DNA of 63,818 nucleotides, counting the filler, from Globobulimina sp. (taxonomy: Eukaryota): assembly GCA_003354225.1 (NCBI GenBank). It is 33 parts of 33 records of this genome, joined end to end, with 100 filler letters (N's around TTAATTAATTAA, not from the genome) between each part and the next. Parts side by side here need not be neighbours in the genome. Positions count along the whole stretch, not along the records: positions 60,049 to 61,883 come from PIVH01011401.1; positions 61,984 to 63,818 come from PIVH01011402.1; 31 more parts are not named here. One strand, written 5' to 3'. The notes under the pieces are model-generated. The model was not told the DNA's origin and did no database searches. It worked only from the letters and a program-made list of their open reading frames with translations. The position numbers were made by a program, and so were the translations under genes. Below are positions 60,185-63,818 of this stretch, piece after piece (position 1 is the stretch's first letter; each line of letters starts with the position of its first letter).

Positions 60185-61883
60185 TTATTTTTGAACTAAA
60201 GATTGAATCCATGTCGCAACAGCAACAGCACCCGGATCTGCAACACCCTTCAATACCTCACTTGGAACATAACACGATCTGCCAAATTCCGGTTCCATTT
60301 CCTTTGTTGCTTCTGCACCTTTATTTGCTTCATTTGCTGCAATTTTGATTGCTTGATTCATATTTGTATTTTTATTATTTTTATAATATTCATTTAATGC
60401 GCCAACAGCAGGCAACAATGCATCAATCATCGTTCGATTCCCTTGCTTTGCACCGCAATATAAACTTAAATCTTCCACAGCTTGCAATAAAGCATTGGAT
60501 ATTGTCATTCCATTAATGTTTGAACCAGATTCATTTAATTATAACTACATTGCTGTTTAATTCTTATTGATGCAGAAAGAAATAAATATCCATACAATGC
60601 ACCGCTTGATCCACCCATATCAGCCAATGCTACGGCAATATCTCGCAATGTACAATATAAACTATTAAAATTTAAATCATTTATTTTATTCATTACTATT
60701 GTTACACCAAAATCCAATGTTGATCCAGTATCACCATCTCCTACTTTTGCATCCAACGCATTTAATTCAGCTTTTTTTTCTTTGATTGATAGACATGCAT
60801 TTTCTACAAATGTACGTAACATATTTGCTCCATCATTGTTCAAAATAACATCGCCATCGATTTTTATGTCGTCTTTTTCATCATCAATGCATATCGGGAT
60901 TCCACTCATATTCATATATCAACTTTGTTTCCAGCAATCCAATGCAGTCAATATATCATTATCTACTTTTAATAAACTGATGCTAAATCCTCTCATATCC
61001 AGTGATGTCATATATGTGACACAAAATATACGTTTTATATCCAAATTGTATGTATTACTGTCATTTAAAAATTGTATTACATATTTCATGATAATACCCA
61101 TTTCAATATCCGTCGAACCGCCTAAATTATTAATTAATACAACAACATCCTGTTTCTGATTGCTTTTATTTGTTAAAAATTTAATATAATCGCGATTTGG
61201 ATTTTTATCATATAGAATATCAAACATTTTCGGTATTAAATTGGAAATCTTATCGAATTTTATTGTCATTGCTCCAGATTCTCCATGGATTCCTTTATTT
61301 AAATAATATTACAAATGTTTACTTATTATAATTTGTACGTTTTGTCGGCAAAAAAAGTTATGTAAAAAAACTATAGAAACGTTCTTCAGTAAAAAAGGGT
61401 GTGTATATATTCTATATAATATCAAACCTAATCCCAATTCCAATTCATTTGTTTTTATTCTTTCTTGTTTCACCATTCCACTTCCAGGCAAATAACAACT
61501 TGTTGCAGCTATACCAATTGATCCCAAATTGTCAACAACATTTTTTATTAAATACGTTTTTATATCATCTAATTCAACTCCTTTGGATGCTAAATACCCG
61601 GCAATTTTATGTATAAATACAGTGCCGGCAATGCCACGTCTTCCAACCCGGCCTGCTTTATCTCTGCCAATTGCACAGTCATCGCCAATTATAATTACTT
61701 GTGTATTTATATCATATTTCTCTTTTGCAATTTTTGCGGCCAATGTAGAACATAATACATCGCCAGTATAGTTAAAAACAATTAATAATACGCCTTTTGC
61801 GCCAGCAACTGATTTAATAGCAAATACAATTGATTTTGTAGATGGCGATGCAAATATTTCGCCGCATACGGCTGCCGTTAACA
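60185..61883 (-). CDS. TKFC: Dihydroxyacetone kinase / triokinase (Dak1+Dak2), 5'-partial; intron 61293-61427; reading-frame defects at about 60914-60940 and 60536
   Basis: AAVCGEIFASP, NYTGD, GRRGIAGT, spliced GLG|IHGESG, NNLGG, TSLDMRGFSISL, LNALD..VGDGDTG, MGGSSGALYG, RTMIDAL, GRSCY, DPGA. Confidence 0.93.
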
Positions 61884-62360
61884 NNNNNNNNNNNNNNNNN
61901 NNNNNNNNNNNNNNNNNNNNNNNNNNNTTAATTAATTAANNNNNNNNNNNNNNNNNNNNNNNNNNNNNNNNNNNNNNNNNNNNTTTTTTATGGTAGCATT
62001 TAACTATATATGCATGCATTTAAATTTTCGAAAAAAACTGGAGGTAACTGGAGGTTGGAAATGCCAAATGTCGATTTTTTTTAAAACGCATCGACAAAAA
62101 TTTTTGTGCGGAAAGAATTTGAATAGCATCAGTATTGCAGACGTTACAAGCATTTTGATTTTGGCGATTAGTCATCTATACTGACAAAATCTCAAACAAG
62201 TTCCATGTGTACTCATAGTTTCATATATTGGCTTGTTTCATAGTTTAAATTTTCCATAATTTCCATGTATGGTGCTTGTTTGGAAGCGCTTGCAAATCCT
62301 ACAAACTGTGACATTATGTAATTGATGTCCGTAGGGATAAAAACAAAAACTGCAACCTCC

Positions 62361-63818
62361 ATGGCTCCATCAGGAAAAATGTTGCCAATACTTATTTTAT
62401 TATCTGTCTATATCGTATATGCACAAACTAATAACCTTCCCGAATTACCAACTCGTTTCACTGCCATCGTTGAAGCAAATATTATTCAAAAGAACCAGAC
62501 GTTCGTTATTCTTTTTAAAATATTTTATTAATCTTGAACCCAATACACAATTAAATACCAGATGGATAATGGAAGAATGGTATGATGGGACCGCAAATAA
62601 GGCCAAACGAACATTTTATTGGCAAAATTTAATATCTACAACGTATGAAGATTTTAATCACAACAAAGATCAAATGTTGTCCTATGTAACAACGCATGAA
62701 GCTACAGACAATGCTATTTCTTGTACAGTTTAGAACTTATAATTATTAAAAATACTCAAATTAAGCATAACAACACGTACAAATCAGTTGGAGCCGTACT
62801 CACAAAACAGAAGTCCTTTCAATAGAGATGAAACACAGTCTGGTCATTTAATATCATCAGCTGAATGGTTCCTATTTGGAGCAAATTATACTGAAAAATA
62901 TTTGGGCAAAAATTTTGTGAGTCGAGGTATCAGCGCTGAAGCATGGACCAGAAACGTTACATTTTCCTTTCCTTTGGGCACAAAAACCATGAATCAGTCC
63001 TTTGCATTGACGTATTATTTTTCTGTGGAAAGTTGGAATTGGTTCAAATCTTCAGAGCATAGAATCCCGCTTCGTGTGGAGGTTAAAGGACAGAGAACCA
63101 CATATAATGATACTTTTCTGTCTGTGTATGACTATGATCACTATTATGATTACGTACAATTCTTAGCTGATGATTTAACACTTGATGAAGAATTAAAATT
63201 AGATATTACGAATTTTTATGAACAATGTAATGTTACTTCGTACTGTGACACGTATCCAACAAACCAGATATGTTCCCTCACAAAAGGTATTATTTATGTT
63301 TTCTATAAATCTAAAAACACACAAAACACGGCATTATAGGACCTAAAATGCCAACATTGCCGGATCAGTGGTATGCTGTCATGGAAGGAACTAGCAAAAT
63401 TCAGAATAGCTCTGATGACTATTCCTCATGGGTCTATACTGGGACCTGGGTCTTAGAGGAATGGTTTGATTATGCAGCTAATGAAGCTCATTCCGTTAAG
63501 TATTTAATTGTGTGCGTTTAGACTTTACTTAATTGTGGAAATTAAAGGTATGGCACAGTGGTCCTGATTGGAGAGGTGATGCATTGCATCAATTGGACCG
63601 ATTGGATGTGGATCAAAAATGGGTATGGTTTGGCGATGGAGATGATGAGGACTCAGATGGTGACGAGATACAAAATTGTCAATTAACTCCTGGCATTTCT
63701 GGCTTTTCTGGTTATGACTTATTTGTGGCAGAAACCAACGGCCATGTCTCAAAGTCGTCGACTTGGTTTGGAGTTTAGTGTTGCTATGTTTCTATGAATC
63801 TACTTCAGGTAAATGTAC
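62361..63818 (+). CDS. Secreted protein with tandem ependymin/LolA-like units, 3'-partial; introns 62501-62561, 62728-62787, 63287-63339, 63495-63547
   Basis: Signal peptide; repeat starts LPELPTRFTAIVEANI..EEWYD..AN and MPTLPDQWYAVMEG..EEWFD..AN; RGI.AEAW; PLRVEVKG. Confidence 0.65.

Noticed and set aside
12537-60921. Alternative genetic code (TAG or TGA reassigned)
   Set aside because: TAA, TAG and TGA all end well-conserved genes here (1304, 9846, 15271). The two in-frame stops are isolated, and the one at 55012 lies inside an intron.
61293-61427. Longer introns (135 nt here, 136 nt at 5414-5549) as MITE hosts
   Set aside because: No convincing terminal inverted repeats found.
1-63818. 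Multi-gene system or operon spanning the window (for example PARP, ART, ASCH and ubiquitin genes)
   Set aside because: The genes lie on unlinked contigs ordered only by size; adjacency across spacers is meaningless.

Overview
This window is not one locus. It is 33 unrelated contigs of about 1.84 kb (1839 down to 1835 bp, sorted by length), joined by an artificial 100-nt spacer (N44-TTAATTAATTAA-N44), so synteny only holds within a contig. The DNA is an AT-rich, gene-dense eukaryotic nuclear genome with short GT-AG introns (mostly 48-79 nt). The gene families (TRAF-Kelch, RCC1, MATH, SAM, PT-mucins, XK-like, ART-like) suggest a rhizarian, probably a foraminiferan; this is an inference. Recognisable genes include ATG4, ETF-beta, SZT2, dihydroxyacetone kinase, GH35 beta-galactosidase, tyrosinase, FMO, a Kv-beta-like aldo-keto reductase, two sulfotransferases and C2H2 zinc fingers. 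The best leads are: (1) an apparently circularly permuted ASCH domain fused to UBA and UIM; (2) a PARP-family mono-ADP-ribosyltransferase with two tandem Asp-to-Ser pseudo-receiver domains; (3) three MITE/foldback elements, two inside introns; (4) about half of the reconstructed introns use a GTT donor; (5) a head-to-head inverted gene duplication; (6) a FYVE/SH2-like/SH3/SH3/villin-headpiece protein. All domain calls are by-eye motif recognition; no searches were run.
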